64,000 bases of DNA. Origin: a virus. Its lineage: Duplodnaviria; Heunggongvirae; Uroviricota; Caudoviricetes. The notes beneath the pieces were generated by a model. That model had not been told where the DNA came from, searched no databases, and saw nothing but the letters and a program-made list of their open reading frames with translations. Shown here piece by piece: positions 28,901-39,519 of the stretch (positions are counted from its first letter, which is position 1; each line of letters opens with the position of its first letter). The position numbers and the translations under genes are program-made. The DNA is taken from positions 330,321 to 394,320 of the IMG/VR virus record IMGVR_UViG_3300020156_000001. The stretch is one strand, 5' to 3'.

Positions 28901-31900
28901 AACTACTTCTATGGCACTGATCGTCCACACACTCATCCTTGGGAAATGTTGGGCTTTGAATACATGCCATCGTGGTGGGTTGCACGTTATGGTACGGCTC
29001 CTTATGGCTCGGGCAATATTCCGCTATGGCGTGATCTGCAAGCGGGTAAAATTGCTGAAGGTCCTCGTGCGGGCACTTACACTCGTTATGCAAAGCCAAA
29101 TCTTCTAAACTGGTTGCCAGTGGATGATCAAGGCACGCTATTGGATCCACTTGCTGCTCGCATCACCAATGTTCCACCTCGTATGGTTAAGGCTTCTGAG
29201 GAATGGGTATGGGGTGATGGTGCACCTGCTGAAGCCGCATGGAAGCAAAGCTTCTGGTATCCGTTTGCACTGGCGCAAGCCTGCTATTTGATGAAGCCAC
29301 CTCACTTTGTTGAAACAACTTGGGATATCGAACGTAACTTGGAACGTGAAGCAAACCGCGGCTATGGTTTCCCATATGCTGAGGAAACACTTCACACCGA
29401 AGTTCAGTTCGATGGCACGATCGCTTACAAGCATGGTTCGCAACAGTGGGTTGTCGACTACTTGAAGAGCAAGAACAAGAACATCAAGGAAAACCTTGGT
29501 GACTTGATTCGCGGTCTTGATGTAAAGCTCGCTTACAAAGTTGGTGGCTTTACAGAGTCGAGCAGCCTGTATGTGGTGTCCGATAACATCGATCGTCTTC
29601 CACCCGAAGATGTCGCGGTTGAACTCTATAAGAGCCCAAGCATTCGTGAAGAATTCCAAGGTGGTATTCTTGTTCGTAAGGATCCAAATGGCTTTAAGGT
29701 ATTTGGATATGACATCTTGGATCCAGTATTCAAGATCATTCCAAGTGAGCCATCAGGCCGTTCGATCAGCATTAGCGCGGGCAACAGCAACCGTGTTCGT
29801 ATTCCAAACTGGAAGCCAAATTCCTATTATGGAATCAACACCACTGTTCGTTACATCGACAAGTATTACCGTGCAATTCGCGCACACACCAGCTCACGCA
29901 ATTTTGAAGCTAATTACTGGCTTGAAGTTGCACGCCCAGCTGGCGCGGATATGGCTGCGGTATCCTATTACATGGATGCAAAGAACGACACCATTGTTGA
30001 GCGTGTTCCTTATGGTTCGTTAATCCGTACGCCACAGGAAATGGCAACATTTATCAGTGGTTACTCTCGTTATTTGGAATCTCGTGGTTGGACGTTTAAT
30101 GGTGTGGCCAGCGACGAAAGCTCCATTTACGATTGGAAGCTAAGCCTCAAGGACTTTCTAGCTTGGGCACAAAAGAGTGAAACCAAAGACGGTGACATGA
30201 TTTCGCTGATTCCAAACAGCGGCGAAATCCAGTTCAACACGGATCACGGTAACGTTGAGCCAATCGAACAAATCGTTAATGGTGTTTACTCGATCCTAGA
30301 CAAGCTGGGCAATCCAGTAAAAGCCTACAACACCAACGTTATTCGTGAGGATGGTTCGGTAGTCGTACAGACCCGTAGTGGTCAGGAAATGTATGCGTGC
30401 CGCCTACACATTAGCGAAATCGAACATGTTATCGTTATCAACAACACAACGATTTTCGGTGACATTGTTTACTCGCCATTGTTCAACATCCGTCAAGATC
30501 GTTTGCGTTTGCAGGGCTTTAAGACACGTGGCTGGAAGGGTCGCGTGGATGCACCAGGCTTCCTCGTAAATGGAAACAAGCTAACCGTTAACTTTGAAAA
30601 AGCTGCCGATGACTTCCGTCGCCTATTCGATGTTGAGTCGATTGAAAACAGCAACCTCAAGGATCGCGCACGCGCTAACTTTGGCTACCAGGAAAAGGAA
30701 TACCTAAGCAACTTGTTGATGACTCCAACGAATCAGTTCGAGTTCCATCAGGGTATGATCCAGCAGAAGGGAACGATCTCTTCTATGCGCAAATTGTTCC
30801 GCAGCAAGTTCGTTCGCCACAATGATGGTCTAAACGTTCTTGAAGAGTGGGGCTTCCGTATTGGCGAATATGGTGCAAGCGAAATCCGTCCTTCGATGGA
30901 CTTCCTAATCAAGCAGGGCGACTTTAAGAACTCGCCGCAAATGTTCCAATTCAACGGCTCTGGTCAGGGTGGTTGGGACTTGCGTTTGGCTTGGGATTCC
31001 GATCACTGGGATTACTTGAAGAACGTTGAAACTGTTCGTGCCCGTTATAGCATCAAGGGTCTAAAGAAGATCATGATGACAAATACTGGTGCGGGTTATA
31101 CGGAAGTTCCATCCGTACGCGTCGTAGGAGACACTTCAGGAGCGTCCCTCCGCGCGATTCTTGATTGGAAAGCATCTGGTATTGAGGAAGTCAAAGTCGT
31201 ACGTGGTGGCACTGGGTTCTTTGAGGGTGACGTAGTGGAATTCGATGGCACCGGTGTAGGTGCTGCCGCTATTGTTAGCTCGGTGGATTATGGTTCATCC
31301 AAGATCGCATCCGTTTATGTAACAGTGGACAATGGTTCTTCTGTTGCTGGCTCCGGTTATAAGGTTGGACAGGAACTCAAGTTCAACGGCGGCAATGGCA
31401 ACGGTAAAGCTCGCATCACTGAAGTTGATGCTAATGGTGCTATCGTTAAGTTGGAAGTTTCCAACCCAGGCGCTGGTTACGACGGTACGTTTGATACTGT
31501 ATTCCCAGACTTCAACTTTACTGCATTGGGTCGTATTGGTATGAGCGTAACTGGTGGTCGTGTAAATGCGATCACAGTAACAAGCAAGGGTCAGAATTAT
31601 GATCCTGCAACTGCCGCACGTTTTACAGGCACTGGTAAGAATGCCGTTGTAAGCATCCGCGTTGGTGGTGGTTCAATCCAGGGTATCGAAGTTCTAAACC
31701 GCGGTGGGGGTTTTGAAACTGCGCCACAAATTGAAATCCTAGGCGGTGGAGCTCCAACAGTTCCAGCGGTTGCGGTTGCTGTGGTGCAAGATACTATGGC
31801 ACCGGGTCAGGTTGAAATCGCACGCTTTAAGCGTCTTGAAGGTATTATCCTCAAGTCGTTTACAGTTCGTTGCACAAACCCATTCAATGGTGTTCAGCCA

Positions 31901-34900
31901 CAACTTACAATCGGCGATATCGACAACAATGCGCGTTATGTTGGTCCAATTAACTTGGCAACAGAAAGCTCCAAAACTTATGTGATGGATGATGGCGTGC
32001 AAATTGCAAATAGTGCGCTTGATGTTACCGCGTTTATCACAAACGCACAGGACAGTGGCAACCTAGAAATCCTGTTCACGTTCGAGTACACACCAAACTA
32101 TTACTCCGGCTTGTTCATCGATTCCGAAGAAGATCAAAGCACCAAGATCATCGACTTGTTCAACAACGAGACCGGTGAGTTTATGGCAAAGGATCCTCGC
32201 TGGGTATGGCGCCACACTACAGTTAACCCAGACTGGCCAGTTATCGACGTTAAGGCAAAAGCCAAGGGTAACTTGCCATCAGCGGGTTATGTTCACTTGG
32301 ATGACATTCAGTGGACTGCACCAACAAGCTCAAGCTTTAACGGTTTGTACCGTCGTGTACAAAAGGAAGAGCCAGCAAGTGCGATCACCAACACCGTAAC
32401 AATCAAGTACGCGGAAGCTTCCACAAGCGTGCGTCGTATCAACATTGTTCCAAATCTAAGCCAGGGTCGTTACCGCATTAAGAACTTTGTGGTAGCTGTG
32501 AATGAAGCGTTTCCGTTGACTCTCACAAACGATCCAGAAGTTCAGATCAGCATTGGTACAATGGGCGAACCTGAAAAGTTTATGCCAAAGACAGCCGTTG
32601 GTACGGATCGCCTACAAACGTATACGCACCAAGTATTTGAATACCTCACAAGTAAGCTCAATGATGAGAATGCAATCTACGTATTTGTAAACCAAGCAAC
32701 TGGTCTTTCAGTTGCACCGGGTTCGCTAAGCGTGACCGCAAACATTGAGTTGATTGGTGAGATTGTTCTTCCAGGCGATCGTGCATGGGTTTATGATACT
32801 GGATATGGTGACTGGAATGTTTACCGTCTTGGTGACACCGGCGCAAACATTTTGATGACTCGTCCACAAAGCTTCTCCACACAGGGAACTGTGGTTGCAA
32901 CGAACAAGAACATGTTCGAAACACTTGACATCGAACACAACTTCCAAGAACCACGTCCTGAAACAGTTGCGTTGAACCCAACATTTGCGTTGGACATTGA
33001 GCAAGCCGAAACTCGCATGAGCAAGGTTATTCTCGATGGCATCCTACCCGACAACAACACAACCGAAATGCTCTTGAACACTTACAAGGCAAAGTTCAAG
33101 AACTCGGCTAAGATTTTTGTTGATGCTGGTGCGACACTTCGCAACAATGGTTCTGCAATCGTACAGATTCCAATCATGGACTTGTGGGCAGACTCGGGCA
33201 TTGTGATCAACAAAATCACAGCCAGTGTTGTTCGTCCATTCGGATATCCAACAGGTCAGAACCCAACAATTACAATTGGCACACTTACTGATCACGACGC
33301 CTTTATTGGCGCAGTCAACAGCAAGACAGCTTTCCGTAATGTAAAGGGTACTCCAAATCGTCCGCTGTTCTCTTATGCAAATCCAATCACCGTAAACGTT
33401 TACGATGATGAGATTCGTTTGAACGAAGATGATTCAACCGCAAGCGTTCGTATGCTTCGCTCGGGTAACGTGTTTGTTACACCAACAGCAATCAAGGTAA
33501 CAAATGCGGGTTGGGGTTACACGGATACGAGCAATCCAAAGATCACCGTACTTGGTCCAACTGGCGTTAAGGCACGTGCTGAAATCGTTGGTACTGTTGT
33601 GGGTTACGCTGTAACAAATGCAGGTACTGGTTATACAAGCGCGCCAACAATTACAGTTGTCGGCGGTGGTGGCACTGGTGCACAAGGTCGTGCTGTTATC
33701 AGCAATGGTCAGCTCGCTGGCGTTGAAATCCCAGGCGCAGGTACAGGTTCTGCCGCAACAGCAAACCTTAATGCGGGTGAAGTCGGTGGTATCTCTGGTC
33801 TACAGGGTGGTTCTGGTTGGGAAATGCTTCCAATCGTAACACTTGAAGGTGGCAATCCAAAGGAACATGCTGCGATTAAGGTTGAGATGAGCAACGGCAC
33901 AATTAATGCTTTGCTTCTCGACTATAAGGGTCAAGGCTACACAAGCGCACCTACAGTTAAGTTTAACCCATGGACTGGTGAGAACTACACTTATGCGCCT
34001 CGCGTTATCGTAAGCGGTGGTGGAGGTCAAGGTGCAACTGTTGAGCCAATCATGCTTTGGACAGTTAAGGCCATTACAATCACAGAATGGGGCAAGTGCT
34101 CGTGGATTGGTAATGACGCACTGGTAACGGTTGAAGCCGCAGCCGGTGGCGCGCCTGCACAAGCTGTATTGGAATTCTCGCCAACACAATTGGAACCAAC
34201 AAAGATCCAACAGTGGCGTCATCGTGTTGTTGCTCCGGCAACTCATCCAGATGTCAACAAGTGGGTATACGAGTCTACACCAATTGAGTTCCCTGCACCA
34301 AATGGTACAAACGCACCTGACTTCTACTTGCAAAGCCTACAGTTGCCAATCTCAAGCATCGACGAAAAGACAACTTACGAGATTGAGATTCCTGAGTTTG
34401 TAATGGATGCCACAACTGGTGATGCCACAGCAACAAAGAATGTTGTCAACGGTATCATTGGTACATCCACAAAGAGCATTATCGAAGTCTACAACACAGT
34501 TGCTGGTAACAGAGACATTGACTTGAAGGTTGCTGGAACTTTGCCTCCGTTCTACTTGAACGAGCGCATTGGCGCCGACAATAAGATGGTTGCTTTCTAC
34601 AACAGCGACGGTGTAAGTGATGGTCTTCTAACACTGGTTGTTGATTACCACTACACCAACGGCTTTGAGCTATTTGACGCCAACGACAACCCTGTACGTA
34701 CGAACATTACAGGTGCTGGCGGAGATATCTTTGCTTGGAACTCCGTGCGCTTTGACAACAATGAAGGTCAAGACAATAAGAGCCTCCTCCCAGTTGATGG
34801 CTGGAAGATTGGCGATCGTATCCTCTTGGATGATGGTCGCTCCAAGCTTGAGCGTGCTGTGGAATGGACCGCTGGTGACCACTACAAGTATCACGAAATG

Positions 34901-37900
34901 GTATCCCGTGACGGAACAGTTTATCGTGCAATTCAAACCGGTAACGGCTTGGAAGCAACAATTGCTCCGCTAAAGGATAATGATCAGGGTATATTGGATC
35001 GTCCAGTTGTTCTCAGCCGTGGCACACTCTACACGCATGAGCCAACCGCAACAATTATCGGTGATGGTGTTGATGCAGAAGCTCGCGTAACATTGGCGCC
35101 AACGAAGATCTACAAGATCAAGGTTCTCAACCCAGACACAAACGCCGACTATACAGGTAGTGAAAAGGTTTTGATCACACCAAAGAATCTTTCTGGTAAG
35201 GCCGCAGAGGCTCGCATCAGCAAGGTTGAAAATGGTGCGATCAAGGAAATCACAGTGTTGGAGCCAGGTTGGGGTTATGACGCAGCACCAATCGTAACAA
35301 TCGCAAATGATAAGAGCACCGCACCAGTTCAGATGGAATGCGTGATGGTTCCTGCTCGTATCAAAGACATTGTTATGGAAAATCGTGGTTCCGGTTACAC
35401 AACGGCTTCGATCAGCTTTACCCGTCATGATGTAACTGTGGAAACATTTGTTGATCAAGAATGGGAAGTAGCATTTGAAGCAGAAGCTGGCTGGCGCGTA
35501 CTCGAACGCTTCGAAGGCGCTGATGGCGATGAGTGGCAGGATATCCGAGTAGAAACACTAAAGATCGATACTTCAATGATCGAGTCCGCAGTGATCTACG
35601 ATATCAACACAAGCGAAACCCTACAAACGCTACAGTTGTACGATCCATTCAAGGGTTACATTCCAGGAGCTGCAAAGAAGGAAATCTCCTACATCCTGGA
35701 ATACGATCCAGCAATCTACTCGAATGGTCCACTTGCAAAGAGCACGAGCAGCAACGAAAAGCTTTGGGACTCTGCAAAGATTGGTGATTTGTGGTGGGAT
35801 ATTTCCACTACTCGTTACTTGGACTACGAGATCGGTGATACCGATTACAAGTGGAAGAACTGGGGCAAGCTTGCACCGGGTGTTACAATCGACATTTACG
35901 AATGGACACGTTCCACAGTTCAGCCGGCTCTATGGCAGGGTGAAGTAGAACGCAAGCGTGGTGTTGCGGTTGAATCCGACGAGCATAAGCCAACAGGTAC
36001 GGTTAAGGGCATCAATGGCCAGCCAAACTGGGTTGAGCGTCAAGAGTTCAACAAGGTTCTCGGTCGTAACGAAACTGTTTATTACTTCTGGGTTAAGAAC
36101 GCAGCGACACTTCCAAAGCGTCCTGATCGTTCGCTAACTGCAACACAAGTCGCAGCTATCATCCAGGATCCAAATGGTTCGGATATTCCTTGGTTCTCTA
36201 TTGTTGACACCAACAAGGTTGTTGTGGGTGGCGCAAAGGCTTACGTAAACGATCATAGCAGCTCGCTAAAGATTGAGTGGAAGCGTTCCAAGAATGATGG
36301 CGTTGTTCACAAGCAATGGAAACTGCTTCGTGAAAACGACGAACGCAACAACATCGACGACAGCCTGTGGAACAAGATGCGCGACTCTCTCGTGGGTTGG
36401 GATAGCTCCACAACTCGCAAGGTGTTTACTGCAAATCTCGTAACAGAGCTTAACGGTGCTTCCACAAGCTTTACAGTTGATGATGCCACAGGCTTTGAAC
36501 CATCGGGTGAAGTTAAGATTGGTGACTACTGGATCCAATACGAATATCTCAATGGCAACACTTTTACTGGCTTGACCAGCGTTGGTTCGCTACGTTATGG
36601 TACTGGTACAAAGATCAGCCAAACCCGTGCAATTGAAACATTCCGTAAGGTTCCGGATCAATGGCTTAACGATCGTGAGCGTTATGGCGCACTAACTCGT
36701 CCAGCACAGACTTGGTTCCGTGCTGACACAGACGCTTATGGCTTCCTCATCCCAGGTCGTGCCGCACGCAAGACATTCGTTAACACACTTAACGAGATTT
36801 TTGCAGCGGAACCATTCCTAGATACACGTTATGAATGGCGCCAAATCTTCGAAGCTGAAGAGCCAATGCCGGATGCAAACTCCTACTTTGTGGAAGTTCC
36901 AGATGAGTATGAGCGTGACAACCTAAGCGCGGCTGGTGCAATCAAGGCTGGTCAAAAGGTACTCATGTTGGGTACGCCAAACACAAACGGTTTGTGGACA
37001 CTTTGGATCTACTTGCCAGATGATCCCGCAGCAATTGCAAGCGGCTTTGTCCTTTATAAGGCTCAGCGTTATCGTTTCCGTGAGGGTGAACTTTGGACCG
37101 CTGTTGATTGGTATGACACGGGTTGGAGCACCAACGACTATCCGGTTAAGCGTTATCCAACAATTGCAGATCGTGACGCTGACAAGCAATTGATCAACGA
37201 CGACAGCCTAATCCGTGGTACGCTTATCCAAGTTGATGCACAAAGCGCAACTGACAATCGTTGGGCTTGGTATATCTACAAGGGTGGCAGCTGGATCCAA
37301 GTTGCAAAGGAAAAGTCGACAATTCGTTTGAACGACAATTTCTACGCAAAAGACAAGATGGTCTACGGCTTTAAGGATTACAAGGTTGGTAGCTCAAAGA
37401 AGCGTGATGGTTCTTGGGAAATCCAAGTTCTCCTCACACAACTTCGCACCAAGCTACTAACTTCGTTGGAGCGTAACAAGTTGTTCTTCTCCATGGTAAA
37501 GACTGCGATCTCCCAGCATTCCTACACGGACTGGGCATTTAAAACATCGTTCCTTTACATGGCTGGTTACAACGAACAGCTTTCACAGAGCCCAATCGTG
37601 TTTAAGGATCAAATCGACAATATCCTAAGCTACATCAATGATGTAAAGCCATACCACGTAAAGGTTCGTGACTTTGTTCGTCGACTAAGCCCGCCAATGG
37701 AACACGTTAACTTGCAAATCACAGACTTCGACAAGCCAATGTGGTACGATGAAGCCCTAGGCAAGTATCGCAAGCTTGACGTTACCAACGCACAGGACGT
37801 TCTCATCATGCAGAACGATCCACAGTTGCATTGGTGGTTGGATAATTACAAGAAGACAAACACCAACTTGAATCAGTGGGATGATAACTGGAACCCAGTT

Positions 37901-39490
37901 CGTCGTCCACAAATCAAGATCCTGTTTGACCGTGTTTCTTGTACTCCAATCGCAGGTTGGGCACAACCAGAAGTTCCGTGGGATGGTAACGAACAACGTT
38001 GGGTTCACAACGAATACACTCGTACGTTTGCGCAACTCGAACAGATGTATCGTGTACCAGGTCAGACCTACGCACAACACGTGGTAGAAAACATTATCGC
38101 ACGCGACACACTTGCACGCGATTCTGCTGCGGCTGTGAACAAGGGATTGCCTGCTTTGCTAAACTCAGGCGATGTTGTTTACGTAAAAAGCGATGAAGAA
38201 AAGGAAAAGGCAACCTTCATGTGGAATGGTGCGTCTTGGCTCCAGTTCTACAACGTGCATTGGGATATGAACGTAGCGGGTGGTCTTGCCGATCGTATTG
38301 ATGCCCACTATGAACCATCCGCAACAATGCGCCGTAAGCAGTTGGATGTTCTCATTCGCGGCTGTGACTTCCGTGGTACAGTTGTTGAAGGTGGCGCAAG
38401 CATGAGCACAGGTATCTGGGACATGTTTGCTTGGGACGCTAAGACTGGTTTCGACAACGAATACGACTTCTACGTTGGTCATGATTTGGACATTAATCCA
38501 GTAAGCATGGATCTCCAAGTTGATTTTGATGAAGGCAAAGTTGTTGAAAATGGCAAGATTGTTAATCGTGGAACTTACGGTGAGCTTATTGACCTTGAAG
38601 GTGGCGAGCTAATTCAGCCATGGTTCGAAGGAGGCCATCCGGACGAGCGTGTAAGCTTGCGTGTTCGTGATCCGCTAATGATCACAGTTTATCGCGCAAC
38701 CGACGCACATATCCGTCAGGTGTTTGCAAACCGCGTTCAGTTCGAGGGCGCACAAGCCGACAACGTAACGGTTCGTTTGAATGGTGCATTGGTTAACATC
38801 AATGCTGCCGCATACTCGGGCAACGCAGGTAATATGCAGCATGGTCGTCAGCAAACCCTACGCTTCTTCAAGGACTCCATTGAAACTTGGGAAGGCGTAT
38901 ACTTGGAAGAAGACGGCATGACTCTTGCTGAGGAATTGGATCCAGCTGCTCGCACAATGCGTATCAGTGTTCCAGGTACTCTTGCACTGCATGATCCGGC
39001 TAATCCTGATATCACATTGCTACGTGAAAAGCTCGCGCTAAGCGTGGACTTGGATCTAAGCAAGCCAATCAAGGCTGGTAAGGTTCGTAAGAATGGTTTG
39101 TTGAAGAGCTTTGGTCTTGATGAATTGTTGGCTGGTAAAACAGACAATCAAACAATCAACACAGAGCTTGAAGCACACTTCAATATGATCCTAAGCCGTT
39201 ATGTTACTGGTGTAATCTGGTTGGGTACTGAGCGTATCTCATACACGGATATTCAACACATTGAAGGTGATGTTTACGAACTATCCGGTCTAACTCGTGG
39301 TACTGGTGGTACTTCTCGTGCAACACAGACATTTGTTGGCTCCAAGGTATTCGACGGTTCCGTATTGCACGCGCTGATGACATTTAACACGACCAATATG
39401 CGAGCACATTCTCAGATTGATTACTCTAAGAATTGGCAGACATGGAACACCGCAGCAAGCTTGGCTTTGAAGCCAGGTCCTACGGCTTAA
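25961..39490 (+). CDS. Giant virion structural protein (gp7-like baseplate wedge, 4509 aa)
   Basis: Follows gp6; repeated G.GY..AP.V motifs, CBM-like W..YY modules, YINDVKPYHVKVR motif. Confidence 0.75.
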   Translation: MADKPGNRNQINGSYRFRGDNIDKAKFDKRRVIKLLPGVNQTETLQKFFGATADHLFEPGQSKPLNGYIGRSVSYAENETNYYLNEETLERSFYQLEPSMVSIDETGENRALLFYDDLINNLRFQGGIVNNHHRLFSQDYFSWAPSIDLDKFLNYREYCWVPEGPTPVEIRGHAAQYVADGAVRVYDLTTKYPAPVLAAQVNVTVDGIEVPFTYNATAKQVTLQTTPVKGALVKVYTAVSVQKDIVGQPTFAFENDVKLESNLRIVVRNDKENSQIGKVFVVEAVGEGILLIEDADPDLGLKKDYIVMQRGASDGNDWSTKNRWFHKSLLKGYSKENLKNIQARRPIVEFVRNIQLFNFGTSKRKAVNLVSHSAPDFFGAVNGQINSTKRIDGVILNRAWIEANGINGVVRILVVNDEDPRINNRVYRVSFNATTDKMKVTLVADGADVSGAPVIGESVDVLAGASLGIMNLYWTGETWKTSQRKTSTNQFPLFNLFDANGVELNDVGIYPNSTFEGCRLFGYREDTTLSRAVDRELGIRLVHDNKGEIQFENYLATFNGIYKIGVDEFDLPSQRFYKIQRNGETIQTNDWYAVAKPSRQMVVDKIVATNDYHLFSASQEPVEPVAENLQVLFNNTVLKNGEDFIRRNNQILLMESNPGDHIEIRTFNPSNKPMNTTGQYEIPLNLQANPKWEQVTYATWGELQSQFIGIIRSQAGFVGQEHSANNWKDIPHDLSLGKFIVSHTAPLLRTMLLNSIKDIDFIKSVAYAQDEYARFRGKFDQKINEYMISNRLGANATPAQWVESALVDIAKGFTHDFPFFHSRMCVAEGSSARYFIPPTPSFLGIYPIQEPRVYVEPINGKQFIIGHDGSSFPFYEDIRDDVTLELERRIYASAPDFIRTHEEGYFDDKALVSNKFYSGEYSAAEMATILRPMFEKWSVSFGIDYRINDTFNANDPFTWNWRSCVDKDNRPLPGHWRGIYNYFYGTDRPHTHPWEMLGFEYMPSWWVARYGTAPYGSGNIPLWRDLQAGKIAEGPRAGTYTRYAKPNLLNWLPVDDQGTLLDPLAARITNVPPRMVKASEEWVWGDGAPAEAAWKQSFWYPFALAQACYLMKPPHFVETTWDIERNLEREANRGYGFPYAEETLHTEVQFDGTIAYKHGSQQWVVDYLKSKNKNIKENLGDLIRGLDVKLAYKVGGFTESSSLYVVSDNIDRLPPEDVAVELYKSPSIREEFQGGILVRKDPNGFKVFGYDILDPVFKIIPSEPSGRSISISAGNSNRVRIPNWKPNSYYGINTTVRYIDKYYRAIRAHTSSRNFEANYWLEVARPAGADMAAVSYYMDAKNDTIVERVPYGSLIRTPQEMATFISGYSRYLESRGWTFNGVASDESSIYDWKLSLKDFLAWAQKSETKDGDMISLIPNSGEIQFNTDHGNVEPIEQIVNGVYSILDKLGNPVKAYNTNVIREDGSVVVQTRSGQEMYACRLHISEIEHVIVINNTTIFGDIVYSPLFNIRQDRLRLQGFKTRGWKGRVDAPGFLVNGNKLTVNFEKAADDFRRLFDVESIENSNLKDRARANFGYQEKEYLSNLLMTPTNQFEFHQGMIQQKGTISSMRKLFRSKFVRHNDGLNVLEEWGFRIGEYGASEIRPSMDFLIKQGDFKNSPQMFQFNGSGQGGWDLRLAWDSDHWDYLKNVETVRARYSIKGLKKIMMTNTGAGYTEVPSVRVVGDTSGASLRAILDWKASGIEEVKVVRGGTGFFEGDVVEFDGTGVGAAAIVSSVDYGSSKIASVYVTVDNGSSVAGSGYKVGQELKFNGGNGNGKARITEVDANGAIVKLEVSNPGAGYDGTFDTVFPDFNFTALGRIGMSVTGGRVNAITVTSKGQNYDPATAARFTGTGKNAVVSIRVGGGSIQGIEVLNRGGGFETAPQIEILGGGAPTVPAVAVAVVQDTMAPGQVEIARFKRLEGIILKSFTVRCTNPFNGVQPQLTIGDIDNNARYVGPINLATESSKTYVMDDGVQIANSALDVTAFITNAQDSGNLEILFTFEYTPNYYSGLFIDSEEDQSTKIIDLFNNETGEFMAKDPRWVWRHTTVNPDWPVIDVKAKAKGNLPSAGYVHLDDIQWTAPTSSSFNGLYRRVQKEEPASAITNTVTIKYAEASTSVRRINIVPNLSQGRYRIKNFVVAVNEAFPLTLTNDPEVQISIGTMGEPEKFMPKTAVGTDRLQTYTHQVFEYLTSKLNDENAIYVFVNQATGLSVAPGSLSVTANIELIGEIVLPGDRAWVYDTGYGDWNVYRLGDTGANILMTRPQSFSTQGTVVATNKNMFETLDIEHNFQEPRPETVALNPTFALDIEQAETRMSKVILDGILPDNNTTEMLLNTYKAKFKNSAKIFVDAGATLRNNGSAIVQIPIMDLWADSGIVINKITASVVRPFGYPTGQNPTITIGTLTDHDAFIGAVNSKTAFRNVKGTPNRPLFSYANPITVNVYDDEIRLNEDDSTASVRMLRSGNVFVTPTAIKVTNAGWGYTDTSNPKITVLGPTGVKARAEIVGTVVGYAVTNAGTGYTSAPTITVVGGGGTGAQGRAVISNGQLAGVEIPGAGTGSAATANLNAGEVGGISGLQGGSGWEMLPIVTLEGGNPKEHAAIKVEMSNGTINALLLDYKGQGYTSAPTVKFNPWTGENYTYAPRVIVSGGGGQGATVEPIMLWTVKAITITEWGKCSWIGNDALVTVEAAAGGAPAQAVLEFSPTQLEPTKIQQWRHRVVAPATHPDVNKWVYESTPIEFPAPNGTNAPDFYLQSLQLPISSIDEKTTYEIEIPEFVMDATTGDATATKNVVNGIIGTSTKSIIEVYNTVAGNRDIDLKVAGTLPPFYLNERIGADNKMVAFYNSDGVSDGLLTLVVDYHYTNGFELFDANDNPVRTNITGAGGDIFAWNSVRFDNNEGQDNKSLLPVDGWKIGDRILLDDGRSKLERAVEWTAGDHYKYHEMVSRDGTVYRAIQTGNGLEATIAPLKDNDQGILDRPVVLSRGTLYTHEPTATIIGDGVDAEARVTLAPTKIYKIKVLNPDTNADYTGSEKVLITPKNLSGKAAEARISKVENGAIKEITVLEPGWGYDAAPIVTIANDKSTAPVQMECVMVPARIKDIVMENRGSGYTTASISFTRHDVTVETFVDQEWEVAFEAEAGWRVLERFEGADGDEWQDIRVETLKIDTSMIESAVIYDINTSETLQTLQLYDPFKGYIPGAAKKEISYILEYDPAIYSNGPLAKSTSSNEKLWDSAKIGDLWWDISTTRYLDYEIGDTDYKWKNWGKLAPGVTIDIYEWTRSTVQPALWQGEVERKRGVAVESDEHKPTGTVKGINGQPNWVERQEFNKVLGRNETVYYFWVKNAATLPKRPDRSLTATQVAAIIQDPNGSDIPWFSIVDTNKVVVGGAKAYVNDHSSSLKIEWKRSKNDGVVHKQWKLLRENDERNNIDDSLWNKMRDSLVGWDSSTTRKVFTANLVTELNGASTSFTVDDATGFEPSGEVKIGDYWIQYEYLNGNTFTGLTSVGSLRYGTGTKISQTRAIETFRKVPDQWLNDRERYGALTRPAQTWFRADTDAYGFLIPGRAARKTFVNTLNEIFAAEPFLDTRYEWRQIFEAEEPMPDANSYFVEVPDEYERDNLSAAGAIKAGQKVLMLGTPNTNGLWTLWIYLPDDPAAIASGFVLYKAQRYRFREGELWTAVDWYDTGWSTNDYPVKRYPTIADRDADKQLINDDSLIRGTLIQVDAQSATDNRWAWYIYKGGSWIQVAKEKSTIRLNDNFYAKDKMVYGFKDYKVGSSKKRDGSWEIQVLLTQLRTKLLTSLERNKLFFSMVKTAISQHSYTDWAFKTSFLYMAGYNEQLSQSPIVFKDQIDNILSYINDVKPYHVKVRDFVRRLSPPMEHVNLQITDFDKPMWYDEALGKYRKLDVTNAQDVLIMQNDPQLHWWLDNYKKTNTNLNQWDDNWNPVRRPQIKILFDRVSCTPIAGWAQPEVPWDGNEQRWVHNEYTRTFAQLEQMYRVPGQTYAQHVVENIIARDTLARDSAAAVNKGLPALLNSGDVVYVKSDEEKEKATFMWNGASWLQFYNVHWDMNVAGGLADRIDAHYEPSATMRRKQLDVLIRGCDFRGTVVEGGASMSTGIWDMFAWDAKTGFDNEYDFYVGHDLDINPVSMDLQVDFDEGKVVENGKIVNRGTYGELIDLEGGELIQPWFEGGHPDERVSLRVRDPLMITVYRATDAHIRQVFANRVQFEGAQADNVTVRLNGALVNINAAAYSGNAGNMQHGRQQTLRFFKDSIETWEGVYLEEDGMTLAEELDPAARTMRISVPGTLALHDPANPDITLLREKLALSVDLDLSKPIKAGKVRKNGLLKSFGLDELLAGKTDNQTINTELEAHFNMILSRYVTGVIWLGTERISYTDIQHIEGDVYELSGLTRGTGGTSRATQTFVGSKVFDGSVLHALMTFNTTNMRAHSQIDYSKNWQTWNTAASLALKPGPTA

Positions 39491-39519
39491 TAAATACCCT
39501 GTTAATTAAGGAGTTAAAA

